NCBI GenBank assembly: GCA_043228905.1
Contig: JBHGNT010000009.1
Span: forward strand, 1,922,001-1,986,000
Direction of reading: 5' to 3'
Source: Azolla caroliniana
Taxonomy: Eukaryota > Plantae > Polypodiophyta
DNA: 64,000 nt
Numbering within the stretch: position 1 is the stretch's first letter; each line of letters begins with the position of its first letter. The translations under genes were made by a program, and so were the position numbers. The notes beneath the pieces were generated by a model, which was not told where the DNA came from, did no database searches, and saw only the letters and a list, made by a program, of their open reading frames with translations. Positions 1-12,943 of this stretch are shown piece by piece.

Positions 1-2860
1 TCGAAGATATTGCTGGAGTGTTTGATTTGTGCACTCTGTTTGTCCGTCAGTTTGTGGATGATAAGCCGAAGAGAGTTTGCAAGAGATTTTGAGGCCTGCC
101 CATAGGTGCTTCCAAAAGTGTGAGATAAATTGAGGACCTCGATCGCTAATAATATCATTCGGGAGACCATGATGACGAAACACTTCACGCATAATGAGAT
201 CTGCAGTTTCTTTACTATTGATGGTCTTTACACATGGTACAAAATGTGCCATCTTGGTGAACCGATCCACTACTGTTAAAATAGTATCAAAGCCTTTGGA
301 AGGTGGCATATCCGTAATGAAATCCATAGAAATAGACTGCCATGGCTTGTTGGGAGGGGGTAATGGTTGTAGTAAGCCATAAGGGTGATGCCGGGGTATT
401 TTGGCGCGATAGCAGGTGTCACAAGTGCGAACATAATCTTTGACAAATTTTTGCAAGTGAGGCCACCAAAAGGAACGTTTCACCAGCTCAATGGTCTTGG
501 AAATACCAAAATGTCCAGCCATGGGGGCATCATGACAATGTTCCAACACTTGAAGTCGGGGTGATCCGTCGGGGACGTAAAGGAGATTCTTGTAGAAGAG
601 TAAGCCATCTTGCCACTGGAAGTGCTAATACTGTTGAGATGACCCTGGCAATGTGGAGCAAGATGGACAACTTGAACCACAGTGGGCTAAGACATCCTTA
701 ACGAAATCATCCAAATGAAGTTGTTGCTGAATAGTGTCAAGAAGGGTAGAATCAAGTGGCGTGGCATAAATTGTTGTTACCTGTAGCTTTGATGGCCTGA
801 GAAGAATTTGCTTTTGATTGTTAAAGGCTAGATCTCCAGGTCGAAATGCTAGATACGAATGCCGAGACAAAGCATCTGCTTTCCCTTGTTCTTTTCCGGG
901 GCGAAAAATGATCTTGAAATCGAAACGCGTTAGAAATTGGGCCCACCGAGCTTGGCGTCTATTTAATACTCGAGTTGTTTGAAAATATGTGAGATTTTTG
1001 TGATCACTATAAATGATAATCTGATGAGGTGATCCTTCTAGAAAATGACGCCATTGCTCGAATGAGTCGACCACAGCTAGTAACTCCTTGTCATGCACCT
1101 CATAGTTTATCTTCGAAACAATAAATTTTCTCGAGTGAAACGCAACAGGATGTGTCTGCCCGTCCTCGCCTGGTTGCGATAGGATACTCCCCAATGCGAA
1201 GTCTGATGCATCTGCCTCAATAGTAAATGGCTTTTCAGGATCAATATGTGCTAGGATGGGTGCTGATGTGAATGCCTCTTTCAGTTGCGTAAAAGCCTTG
1301 TCCGCTTCAATACTCCAAAAAAATGCTTGATTTTTCTTGGTGAGTTGAGTAAGGGGCAGCACAATGCTTGAATAATTATGTATGAATTTGCGATAGAAGT
1401 TCGCAAATCCGAGGAAACACTAGACATCCCGAACTGAGCATGGGGGTTTCCATTCCAATATTGTTTGGACTTTTGCTGGGTCCATGAAAACACCCTGGGA
1501 TGAAATAGTGTATCCCAAAAATTCGACTTGTTTACAATCAAAACTGCATTTCTCAAGTTTGGCATAAAGACCATACTTCCTTAGGCGTTCAAGTACTTGC
1601 CGCACATGTATATCATGCTCCCCCTGTGTTTTAGAGTAAATCAATAGATCATCTAGGTAGATGATTAGAAAAATATCCAAGAAATCCCAGAAGATGTCAT
1701 TTGCCATATGTTGGAATACTGTAGGTGCATTTGTGAGCCCGAAAGGCATGACTGTATACTCGAAATGACCATACCGAGTACGAAATGTTGTTTTCCACTC
1801 ATCTCCCGGCCGAATTCGAACAAGATTATATGCACCCCTTAGATCAATTTTGGTAAAATGCTTTGCCCCACCAATGCGTTCTAAGAGATTGGAGATTAAA
1901 GGTAAAGCATACCTATTCCTTATGGTGACTTTATTTAAGCCTCGATAGTCCACGACCAAACGAAGGGAGCCGTCCTTTTTCTTCACAAAAAAGATAGGAG
2001 CACTAGCTGGAGAATTTGAATGTCGAATAAACCCATGTGCAAGATTTTCCTCGATGTATTCTCGAAGAACCTCAAGCTCAATGGGTGATAAATTGTAAAT
2101 CGGACCCCATGGTGGCTCTTTTCCTGGTTGGAGATCAATAGGACAATCGTACGGCCGATGCTTTGGAAGAACACTAGCTTGGACTTTGTCGAAAACATCA
2201 GCATAGTCTTGATATTTTTTGGGAATTTGGATGTCTGAATTCCCTTGAGTGACACTAGAAGGTGTTACTAATACTGCAAATAAGAAAAGCTCCTCCTTGC
2301 CTCCCACTTGGCACAATTGTTGCAATGTTATGGCTGAAATTTGATGAGAAGGATATGGTGCATCGGTAGAACTATATACTTTAGGAGGATAATCCCGAGT
2401 TCGATCCTTGACAATGATATTTTCTGCTAAAGGGCGCCTAATTTCTCGCTTCCTCCAATCGATTCTAGGGTTATGTAGCTCGAACCATGGCAAACCGAGG
2501 ACAATTGGATGGTCAGGACTACGGATTATGTTAAAGGAAACTACACATCCTAAATCACCCAAGAGTATGTGTATTGGCTCAGACTCTTCAAATATCTTCC
2601 CGGAAGCTATGGGGCGTCAATCAATCACTACTACGGAAACTGGACAAGGAAGTGTATGCAAGGATATTTGGTGTTTTTGGGCAAAATCTCTATCCATGAA
2701 ACAAGAATTGGCTCCAGTATCTAAGAGGGCTTGGACTTGAAGTTGACAACTGGGTGTCCTAACTTGTACTAGGGCTGAGAAGACTCTACTAACATGCTTG
2801 GAAGTAATGGAACCCACACTAGGTTGTACATATCTAGGGTTGTCCAACCAAATGGCTCCT
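1..2860 (-). pseudogene. pol: pol (PR-RT-RH-INT) of A1, broken by stops
   Basis: ORFs 2617-2847, 1420-2562 and 625-1362; integrase-like sequence continues to position 1. Confidence 0.9.
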
Positions 2861-2873
2861 ATTTTGGCCGGAC

Positions 2874-3676
2874 TTATTCGTTTGACTCCTCTTCTAATTG
2901 GCTTAGGACTTCAAATTTATTGGACAAGGGTGGATTATTCATAATATTAGATTCACTAACTGCTTCTAAAATGTTGGACTCATTTTTATTGTCATAGTGA
3001 ATTTGATTTACCTGACGTCTCGGCCTACGGGAGCAATGAATGGCTATATGTCCTGGACCTCCGCAATATAAGCATAGATGGTTTGCTCGACGACGTTGCT
3101 TCTCTTCATCTGACAACGGTCCTCCTCGTTGAGTCATATCGATCTCCATGGGTGCAGGACTATCCATTGGGACTGGACTACGTGTTTGCCTTGGAGTTGG
3201 AGCAGGGCTATACATTTGCCTTGGGGATGATTGCGTTGTTATTGATGCATAAGTTGGTGTGAATCTTGATCTTGTTATTTGTTGTTGTCGCTCACATCGA
3301 TGCTCAAAAAGGCGATTATCACACCGTATTGCTCGACTAATAGCTTTTGTAAGTGACCTTGGATCCTCAGGGAAGGTAAGAAGTAAGTCTTTGACATCAC
3401 TACGAAGGCATGATGGAATTGCTCCATTAGGGCTTGTTCATCCCAAGGAATATCGTTTGCGATGAGACGGAAATTGGCAGCATATGTTCAAGGTGGTTGA
3501 TCACCTTGACGAAGTGTACGAATCTTGTTGACAGATGTTCTCGCCCCATTAGTATCTCCGAAACAAGCCTTAAATTCGTTGATAAATTCCTCAGTAGAGG
3601 AGAATTGGTCTCTAACAATGGAGCAAACCACGACAACGCTATGCCAGTCAATAAAGTGCCCACTAGCCTGACTCAT
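2874..3676 (-). pseudogene. gag: gag of A1, frameshifted and 5'-truncated
   Basis: ORFs 2874-3215, 3427-3663 and 3488-3676 (WFAPLLE, LRQG, zinc knuckle). Confidence 0.85.
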
Positions 3677-3680
3677 GATG

Positions 3681-4127
3681 ACACCAGTCTTTAGCTCTCA
3701 TTATATATCTTGTATTCATTCTCTTTCTTTCTCTATCTTATACATCCATTCTTTTCTTAGTATTTCGTTCCTTTCTTCTCGTGTTCTCTAATATCCTTCT
3801 TCTATCACTCTATCTTTTATCCTTGGTTCTGACAGTTTGATTCGAATTGATTTGAGAATACATGTATGCCCTTATTTATAGGTTCCTATAGAATAGCTTA
3901 GAGATTTCTAGAATGTTCTAGAATGTCCTAGACCTAGAATGCTCTAGGACATTCTAGAACATTCTAGAATAATCTAGAGTTTTTACAATAATCAATGTAA
4001 TACAAGAAGTAGCTTTTATTATTTCATATAACAATAAGCTATCTTAATGGTTGAGGTTTTCAAGTATGGATTACAAGGTTCGAGGTTCAAGTCCGGGTGA
4101 CGCCATAATGGTCATGTGTTCATGATA
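3681..4127 (-). repeat. Family A LTR with the R-U5 part (3681-3834) inverted relative to U3
   Basis: Compared with the intact LTR at 44907-45340, 3681-3834 is reverse-complemented. Junction: GGTTCTGACA-GTTTGATTCGAATTGA. Confidence 0.85.
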
Positions 4128-5327
4128 CTCACCTGCCGGTTATGGTTTCGGATGGAGCCGGTAGGGGTAACACGAGGAGGTGTGTCAGGCCGGAAAGGCA
4201 CACCTGGGACGGAACAAGAGTCTCGCAAGTGGCCATCGCGGGCCGGATCGAAGCGTGACTACGGGACGATGTTCGGCACGGGCGGAGCCGAACAAAGGAA
4301 GCGGAGGACATCGGGCATACGACGGAGAGCGGAGCATGCATACGGCCGAAGAAGGGCCAGCGGAAGTACGCGTACTACGAAGATCGCGATGAAGGGCCCA
4401 TTGACGGGTCGAACGATCCTACGGGGAGGTAAGCGTGAAGGAAGAACCGAAGCTGACGGTTCGAACCGGCAACGAGCCGGGATGCGGATTACGGAAGACC
4501 GGTTTCTCACCGGCCGAAATCTCTCACCCTTCAACCAGATTTGGCACGTACCGGTGGACGTGTGGTTAGGTGGGGGCGGATGTCGTGAAGAATTTCGTCC
4601 AGAGGTGGAAACCGGGGAAATATTGGCTACATCAGCGGGGTGCACCATGTGCACTCACCCTCATGTAATTGTGTGAATAATAAAAGTCAAGTCGGGACAA
4701 AGAATCCCATGTAAATCAGGATTTATCCCAAATTGTAACGCATCCCTCTCCTTGTTCTATAAAAGGAAGGGATGGTCCCTTGTAGAGGGCTTGCCCATTT
4801 TGCGTTAGAGGGTATACCGTTAGATTTAGGGTTAGTTACACTTCTTCTTCTTCTCCCCCCCTCGTGTATTGCTTAGGGTTTGCTTTGGCTCGGCCTCCTG
4901 TGCAAGACCCCGCTCGGCGCGACGAGCCGAGAGCTCCCCGACGGCGGCTTGACAACAGACGACTGCTGTAACCTACCTTGGTCCGGCACGAAGCCGGGAA
5001 TGTATTCTTCCATTCATATATATATACATTTGTGTCTGTCTGTGTGTATTCATGTCTCTGTTGGGGTCTGGTGTTTGTGCGGGTGTTTTTGTGTTCCCCT
5101 TTCCTGCGTTTCCTGTGCATAAGGGCGTGAGTCGTGTCGGCTTGTGTGTACGTGAGTCGGTGTCAAGCGTGCGCTCCCTCTCTTTCTCTCTCTCCCTTCG
5201 GTTGCTTCCGGTGTGCTTCTGGGATGCCCCGGAAACGGTGAAGTACGACTTCCTACGCTCCGTCACTCCCTAGTCCAAGACCCCCGTGGTCCCGCCTTTC
5301 GCCACGCACGCGTGTAGCAACGCGACA
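4128..5327 (+). mobile_element. 3' fragment of non-autonomous family D (internal sequence, PPT and LTR 4581-5327)
   Basis: Matches 36890-38730. PPT GGTTAGGTGGGGGCGGA is followed by TGTCGTGAAG...AACGCGACA. Confidence 0.88.
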
Positions 5328-5329
5328 AC

Positions 5330-5410
5330 ATGAAATGTAATTTTTTTGGTCTCATAGGTCATATTTGTCCTCCGAAGACGTTAATATTATCTATCTATCT
5401 ATCTATATCT

Positions 5411-5451
<41 letters not shown>

Positions 5452-6290
5452 ATTCTTCCGTTGCATAAAATCCATTTGATTCTTCACATTGTATCAGAGC
5501 TTGTGGTAGCTTGATCCAAGCCCATCGCCTTCACGTGTGTTTAACCCAAGCCCGCGTTCAGAAAGAACCAACTGATTGTTGTAGCAGCAATCTACAGAGT
5601 TCGTATCAAAGAGAAGAAGAGGAAGAAGTTCAACAATGAACACTCAGATGGGAAGCGATCTTCCTACTGAGAAGCTCGACAGAAACCACTTTGCATCTTG
5701 GGAGTACAAGATGCACCAATACCTTCTCAACCAAGGCTATTGGAGTTATGTCGAAGGAGCAAACGAAAATCAACCCAACCCAACACATGTTGACTACCCA
5801 TCTTGGGAGCAAGTGGCGAGTCGTGTGTTGTATTGCATTGCATCATGCATCCATGAACACATGCTCGGTTACATTCGAGAGGCCAAAACGCTAAAGGAGA
5901 TGTGGGGGAACCTCAAGAAGATTTTCAAGGCCAACACGACTGCAAGAAAGCTTCAACTCCGTCAAGAATTGAACGGTATACAACAAAGGGACATGTCAAT
6001 CGGCAGTTACACCTTGAAGATCAAGGAGTTGTGTGATGCCCTCAGGTCGATCAATGGTAGCATTGACAACAATGAAATGTTGCAAATTTGCCTCGGAGGC
6101 TTAGCACCTCGGTTCGGAGCCATTCGGTCGGCGGTCCTCACGAGGGAGTATCCTCCCTCCTTTGATCTCTAATCGATGATGTTGGTCGAGGAGAATCATG
6201 TTCGAACAAGAAGCAATGCGCAAGGACACATGCTCTATTCGAACTTTGATGGAGGAAGAGGACAAGGTCGTGGAAGGAGAGGCCAACACA
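5330..6290 (+). mobile_element. Ty1/Copia 5' fragment: LTR remnant, tRNA-iMet PBS and gag
   Basis: TGTATCAGAGC at ~5490 (degenerate TGGTATCAGAGC); ORF 5636-6172 is a Copia-type gag (FASWEYKM...LQLRQEL). Confidence 0.82.
5413..5450. repeat. (CA)n microsatellite
   Basis: Seen directly. Confidence 0.9.
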
Positions 6291-6319
6291 ACCAAAAACA
6301 TTGTATTCATGGAAGACAA

Positions 6320-6620
6320 GACGATTTGAATTGGTTTGAGAAGAATTGTATGTCTATATTTATAGGTTCCTATAGAATAGGCTAGAGATTTCTATAATGT
6401 TCTAGAATGTTCTACACCTAGAATATTCTAAGATGTTCTAGGATATTCTAGAATGCTCTAGAATGTTCCAGAGTATTTACAATAATCAGTATATTATAAA
6501 AAGTAGCTTTCATTATCTCCTATGAGCATAGGCTATCTTAATGGTTGTGTTCTTGATTATGTATTATAAGGTTTTGGGTTCAGGCCCAAGGGAAGCCATG
6601 ATGTTTATGTATTCAAGGCA
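6320..6620 (-). repeat. Diverged family-A-like LTR (U3) fragment
   Basis: Shares TTTATAGGTTCCTATAGAATAG, TTCTAGAA repeats and GCTATCTTAATGGTTG...GGTTCAGGCCC with the A LTR. Confidence 0.7.
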
Positions 6621-6665
6621 ACTACCTTGAGTTCTTCCTTGTCCACATACGGTTACAAAGGAGTT

Positions 6666-6707
<42 letters not shown>

Positions 6708-6991
6708 CTCTAGTTACACTAATGATTCATCACACATATAGTGATTTTCCCTAAGTGTATTTATACTAATACACTATATGTGCTATTTACAAATATAGCC
6801 CATTAAGGGTGCACATTGAGGTTATTTGCAAATATAGCCTCGTTAGATTCGGCTATTTGTCAATTTGCCTTGGTAGAGTTACCTATCAACTCCATCTAAT
6901 CCGGCTCATGTTTTCCTTCCCATCCAAAGGGCCCTATTTCCCAACAATTATCTCCCTTGACTTACACGGTCAAGCTACCTGAGCACATGGG

Positions 6992-7430
6992 TGTCAGGAA
7001 TAGTACTAAAGCAGAGATGGAATTAGTACTAAAGAAGAGCAGTACTATTAGTACTAAGAGGACGGGATTGCGTAAGACTCCCGAGAGAGAGAGAAAGAGA
7101 GAAGCGAAAAGAGAGATAGCGAGAATGAGAGAGAGAGAAGGATGATGACAACAACTCTTATATTATATGAAAGATAAGTACAAATCGGCTAAGAGGCTTA
7201 AGACTGGTTTTGAACCAATTTGGTTCAACATAATGCCTAGTGCCTTCTTTTATAGTGTTGTCAGGAGTAATCCTGAAACTTCTAGAATGTTCCAGAGAAA
7301 TCTGGAATATACATTACTTTCTTATAATAAAACATAAATGAAAATAATATCCTATGAATTACAATAGATGGTGTGATTGTTAAGAGCTCGACCCATATAT
7401 CATGGGTTCGAGTCTTGTCATATCATCACA
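6992..7430 (-). repeat. 3' LTR of B
   Basis: TGTCAGGAAT...TCATCACA; near-identical to 39613-40028 with an extra 23-bp segment. Confidence 0.93.
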
Positions 7431-7501
7431 CTATCTCCCCCTTAAAGACGACGAGTGGAACGAGTCGGCGCTGATTGCGGACCGGGTTTGTCCGGATACT
7501 T

Positions 7502-8998
7502 TCAGTGGAAATCAACAAGCAGATCCTGAGCATTGGCAACATGCTCGACGGGTTCCCAAGTGCGTTCACTCGGACTATAACCAAGCCAATCGACCAAATA
7601 ATAAAGTTTGTTGCGAATAAGTTTGGAATTGAGGATGGCAGCAACTTCATACTCCGGGCCGGCGTCTAATTCCAGCGGGGGCGGCGGTGGTGTAACACGA
7701 TCGGGAATAGTGTTTGCTTTATAAGGTTCAAGAAGAGAACAATGGAAAACCGGATGTATCTGAAGCTGCGGACGGAGATCGAGGCGAAATGTGACATCAT
7801 TAACCTTACCCGTAATACGGAAAGGACCGAGTCGTCGATAATCCAACTTGTCACACGGTCGAGTAGTCTTGATGTGATGACGTAAGAGCCATACTCGATC
7901 TCCGATGGCAAAAGAGGAGGGAAGCCGATGACGATCCGCGTAAGTCTTCTGTGTTTGTTGAGCATGACGAAGATGAGTCCAGAGATCTGTTTGGATCTTG
8001 CGTAGTCTCTCCAAATGATCCCCGGCACGAGGATTGGTAGGTAACTCCAGGGTGTCGATCACCGACCAGCGAGGATGAGAACCGGTATAAGCGTAGAATG
8101 GGGAGACTCGAGTCGAGGAGTGAACATCATTATTATACACAAACTCCGCAAAGTGGAGAATCTCGGCCCAATCGTCCTGTTGATAACTTAGGAAACACCT
8201 AAGATATTGCTCCAGCGTTTGGTTTGTTCGTTCCGCCTGCCCATCGGTCTGAGGATGGTAGCCGGAGGAGAGGTTGCAAGGGATCTTGAGCATCTTGAAG
8301 AGATGCTGCCAAAATTTGGAGACAAATTGCGGTCCTCGGTCATTGATGATACTGTCTGGGAGGCCATGATGCCGAAATACCTCACGCATGACTAGGGCAG
8401 CGGTTTCCTCGCTAGTGATGGCCTTAGTACACGGAACAAAATGTGCCATCTTCGTATATCGATCGACGATGGTTAAGATAGCATCGAACCCCTGCAAGAC
8501 CGGCAGATCTGTGATAAAATCAAGACAAATAGACTGCCACGGCTTACTTGGAATCAGTAAGGGTTCCAACAAGCCATATGGATGGTGTCGTGGCATATTT
8601 GCTCGGCAGCAAGCATCACAGGTCCGAACGTAGTCGTCGACAAAACGGCGCATGTGGGGCCACCAAAAAGATTGCTGCACTAGCTCCAACGTCTTAGTAC
8701 TACCGAAATGTCCCGCCGTATGGGTGTCGTGACAATGTTGGACGATTTGAAGGTGACAAGAGCAATCGGGGACATATACGCGCTTTTTAAAGAATAACAA
8801 ACCATCATGATATTCGAATTGTCGGTAGTCAATACCTGGTTGTTGAGACTGAGAACAGGATGCCCGAGAAGTATCAATGTGTGCCAGGATGTCTTGAGCA
8901 AAACTATCCGTCTTCAAGTTTGCACGTATGTCATCGGTAATCCGTGAATCCATCGGGGTGTGAAAAATCCGCGTCGTGTGCAATCGTGTTGGTCCCAA
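7502..8998 (-). CDS. pol: Integrase plus chromodomain of B
   Basis: HHCC zinc finger, DFITDL core, LGPF (GPY/F) motif and chromodomain YEVAAIL...YYLVDWLGY...RTWEP. Confidence 0.92.
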   Translation of the reverse strand: MGPTRLHTTRIFHTPMDSRITDDIRANLKTDSFAQDILAHIDTSRASCSQSQQPGIDYRQFEYHDGLLFFKKRVYVPDCSCHLQIVQHCHDTHTAGHFGSTKTLELVQQSFWWPHMRRFVDDYVRTCDACCRANMPRHHPYGLLEPLLIPSKPWQSICLDFITDLPVLQGFDAILTIVDRYTKMAHFVPCTKAITSEETAALVMREVFRHHGLPDSIINDRGPQFVSKFWQHLFKMLKIPCNLSSGYHPQTDGQAERTNQTLEQYLRCFLSYQQDDWAEILHFAEFVYNNDVHSSTRVSPFYAYTGSHPRWSVIDTLELPTNPRAGDHLERLRKIQTDLWTHLRHAQQTQKTYADRHRLPSSFAIGDRVWLLRHHIKTTRPCDKLDYRRLGPFRITGKVNDVTFRLDLRPQLQIHPVFHCSLLEPYKANTIPDRVTPPPPPLELDAGPEYEVAAILNSKLIRNKLYYLVDWLGYSPSERTWEPVEHVANAQDLLVDFH

Positions 8999-10163
8999 GA
9001 TTACTTGCTTTTGATTATCAAATGTTGGATCACTAGGACGAGGTGCAAGATATGAACGCCGTGATAGTGCATCTGCTTTTCCTTGCTGCTTCCTCGGTCG
9101 ATATGTGATTTTGAAGTCGAAATGCGTGAGGAATTGCGCCCACCGAGCTTGCCGTCGATTTAGTACGCGAGCGTTCTGGAAATAAGCAAGATTTTTATGA
9201 TCACTAAAGACAATGACCTGATGTGGAGAGCCCTCTAAGAAATGTCACCATTGCACAAATGAATCCACGATGGCTAATAACTCCTTGTCATGTATTTCGT
9301 AGTTGATTTCCGCGACATTGAATTTGCGCGAATGGAAAGCCACCAAATGCAACTCTTCTTTATCTCCTTGTTGAGAAAGGATGCTACCGAGGGTGAAACC
9401 CTAAACCCACATGAGCTAGAATCGGTGCTGATGTAAAGGCTTTCTTAAGATGCCGAAAAGTCATATCTGCTTCGATGGACCAAAGAAATGCTTGGCCCTT
9501 CTTCGTAAGTTGTGTGAGGGGTAAAATAATCTTTGAATAATCCTGTATAAACTTATGGTAGAAATTAGCAAAACCTAGAAAACATTGTACATCTCTTACA
9601 GTTTGGACTTTAGCTGGATCCATGGCAATGCCCTTTGAGGAGATGACGTAGCCTAGAAATTCCACTTGCTTGCAGTCAAAGCTACATTTTTCTAGCTTGG
9701 CATAAAGACCATTCTCGTGGAGTCGCTTTAGTACTAATAGTACATGAGAATCGTACTCTTGCTGGGTCTTCGAATAAATCAATAGATCATCCAGATAGAT
9801 GATCAAACAGATATCCAAGAGGTCTCTGAATATATCATTTGCCATGTGTTGGAAGACTGCGGGTGCATTGGTTAAGCCGAACGGCATAACAGTATACTCG
9901 AAATGCCCATACCGCGTGCGAAAGGGAGTCTTCCATTCATCTCCCGGTCGGATCCGCACGAGGTTATACGCTCCTCGTAGATCGATTTTGGTAAAAAACT
10001 TGCCACCATTAACTCGCTCTATAAGACTTAATATAAGAGGAAGTGCATCCTATTCCGGATGGTGACCTTATTCAATCCTCGGTAATCAACGACGAGACGA
10101 AGTGAGCCATCTTTCTTCTTGACAAAGAAGATGGGTGCACCGGCCGGAGATTTCGAATGACGG
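8999..10163 (-). pseudogene. pol: RT/RNase H part of B pol, disrupted
   Basis: ORF 9384-9959 ([16 protein letters not shown]) with small deletions. Confidence 0.88.
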
Positions 10164-10813
10164 TGTCGTGAAGAAAACCATCCACAAGCGGAATCGGTGC
10201 ACCGGAGCGTAGGAACCGGCTCTTCATGCACGTACGCCTTGTGTTGTACATAAGAGAGAATTAGGTACATAGAAGATCCTAGGTAGGTAGATTCGGTAGG
10301 TAGGAAGTTAATGGGAAACGGCTCCTTTCTTGCCTATAAAAAGAGGGAGACGGGGAGGAGGAAAAGGGGATCGCGGTTAGAGAGGACGAAGTGCTGTCGG
10401 GTTGTCGGCCGAAGGCTTCTCTCTCTTCCATACTCCGTAGCTTCTTTCTGTGCAGGTTTTCGGGAGGCTCGCGCTGCTCTGAGGAATGCCCGAGTGCTTC
10501 CGGCAGCACCTCCAACCTACTCCTTTCTTTCTGTGCGTTTACGAACAGGCATCGGCATCTGTTCGCCGGTCTGTTCGGTTGTAACCGACTTCGTGCTTCT
10601 TGTTGTTTGTCTTTGTTAATATATATATACATACATTCGTGTCTCTCTGTGTCGGTGTCCCACTCGCGTCTTTGTGTCGAAGGGCCGTGTCCCTGTGAAT
10701 CTACGCTCGCACGTAGTGGGTTCCTTCCCTTCTCCTTCCTCTCTTGCTTTTCGGTGCAAGACCCCTGAGGTCCCGCCTCATTCCACGCATCCGCGAGGAA
10801 TACCTCGACATCT

Positions 10814-10831
10814 TGGTGAACCCGACGTGAA
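10814..10831 (+). promoter_or_regulatory. Primer-binding site complementary to tRNA-Trp
   Basis: TGGTGAACCCGACGTGAA lies 3 nt after the LTR and matches the recalled plant tRNA-Trp 3' end (..TTCACGTCGGGTTCA-CCA). Repeated at ~21070, and at ~19079 with one mismatch. Confidence 0.8.
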
Positions 10832-10852
10832 GGAGGCGGCAGAAGAGCAGAA

Positions 10853-12943
10853 GATGAGGGGGTCGGATCTTGCAGAGGCCATGGCTTCGGCCGTGGATCG
10901 GATATTGAGCGCACGCGAGGGCACCGACGCCCTCGACAGAGCCATTGAGGCGATCGTCGGTACGATCGGCCGGTTCAGCGGAAAGGATGCCACGAAGTAT
11001 TTGGCGTCCTACGGGGCAGAAATGCTGATGCGGGACATTCCGGAAGAGAGGTGTCTTGCCGGGTTCCCTTGAGTGGCGATGCCGAGCATCCATGCGGAGG
11101 TGCTCGAGGTGCGGGCGGAGAGCCATACCTGGGAGGAGTTCGAAGGCCGACTCCTAGAAAAATACGGGCTGGACGACGCGCTCCGGCTTTCGAAACGGGA
11201 CTTCATGGAATGGGTGGAGGCCCCCGGCAAGGGAAGAAACGCGTCGGCACTCCTCCGGGAGTTTGAAGAACGCTTTGCGCGCCTTTCGGCGCTTGACCGA
11301 ACCATTCTGGATACGAGCCGGGTCCTACTGTTCGTCAAGTCAGTGGACGAGCGGGACCGGGATCAAGTCGGCTCCTTGCTGGAAACCGAAGACGGGTTAA
11401 CGACCGACTGGGCTGCGGTTAAGAGAGTCTGTGGCCGTTTCAACAAACGGCGAGAATGGGCTGATAACGGGGCGGCCGGTGTGGGCTCTGTCACAACAAG
11501 GAAGCTTGAACCGGCACCGCAAGGGCGAAGGGAAGAGACCCGGGAGTGGCTCGAAACCGGTTCGGCTTCGACCGGAATGGTCAATGGCTCGTCCGGAGGA
11601 GCAGCGCTGGAGGAGTTGACACGGGCGATAAAGGATCTCCAGATCGCCTAGGCTCGAAGGGAAGGCGACGAACCGGCTCGTGACCGACGACCGGTAGTAG
11701 GGAACAGGTGCATGTGGTGCAACGAGGTCGGCCACATTCGGAAGGACTGCGGCGATTTCGCAGAGGCATTGAGGAACCGAGTGCTGTACCTATGGGAAGG
11801 CCGGGTTCACGCCGGCGATACCAGAAGGGCCCTGAATCGGAATGACGGGTGAGAAGGTATGAAGAGACTGATGGAAGAGGCAGCGGCCCGACACGTGGAA
11901 GCCATCCACTACTCGGCATCGGCCGGTATTCGGGTCGGGGGCGGCGAGGCCCGAAAGGAGAGCAAAGACGGATTTTGGTTGGCAATGCTGGAAGGCCTCG
12001 TCGGTGCACGACTGAGGAAAGATGAAGTGGACCGCGCTGAGAGACGGGTCCGGGAAATAACCGGGTAGAGCGACCCGGTCAAGGAGAAGATGGGCTTCGT
12101 AGAAGCCGCCTGCTGGAACTACGAGGCTCTGGTAGAAGACAAACGAGTAGGGAAAGCCGGAGCGACCGGGCCCTCACAACGATACGAGACCCGATTCGGG
12201 CAACGACGGAACGATGCCGGTGGGTCCAGCACGCAAGATAACCCCAGGAAGGGCGGATACCGACTGGGGACGGAAATAGAAAGGACCACGGACCTACGAA
12301 AGGTCCTAGAAGAACGGATCCTCGACAGCAAAGTGGAGCTGTCATTGCGGGAGGTGCTAGGGATCGCCAAGAAGGAGTTCCACGACTCCATTGTGGACTT
12401 GGTAAAGCGGAAGAGGCTGTCGACGGAGACAGAACCGGAAAGACCGGTGGAGGTGCGGATGACGCACATCGATGATATGGCGTTGGAAGATGAGTGGGCG
12501 GAGAGCCACTATTCGAGGCCGCACTGGGCCCAAGCGACCACGGAGACCCCGGTGAAGATCGGAGATGTTCAGGAACTGGTGGTGGCACTGGTGGACCACG
12601 GTTCAGAAATAAACCTGATGTCCACGGACTTCTATAAGAAGGGAAAATGGCCGATCAACACCAAGCACGGGTGGAAGATACGTGCCCGAACGTGCGAGTC
12701 AAGATCGGCGACGTCGAGATTGACCATCACTTCTTCGTGCAGGAGACGTCCTCGCACCCGGTCATATTAGGGGAACCATACATCAGTGCGGCGCGAATGG
12801 AGACCAAGGTGCTGGACAACGGTTCGGCCTACGCGAGGGTCAAAAGCCAGGACGGGCGTCATTCGGTCCAATTTCTGACGGTACGGCCGAACCACGAGCG
12901 AAACCGCGAATCCCTCGGCGGCGAGAACCGAGAGGATTTTTAG
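10853..12943 (+). pseudogene. gag: gag-protease of C1
   Basis: ORF pieces 10674-11072, 11073-11651, 12090-12770 and 12647-12943; CMWCNEVGHIRKDC knuckle; protease LVDHGSEIN. Confidence 0.85.

Larger units (their letters stand above)
1..4127 (-). mobile_element. Ty3/Gypsy chromovirus (Tcn1-like), family A copy 1; degenerate, runs off the window's left edge
   Basis: Minus-strand gag (PMEID, CLYCGGPGH knuckle), protease LLDTGA, RT YLDDLL, RNase H DASD and integrase fragments. Rearranged LTR at 3681-4127. Confidence 0.93.
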
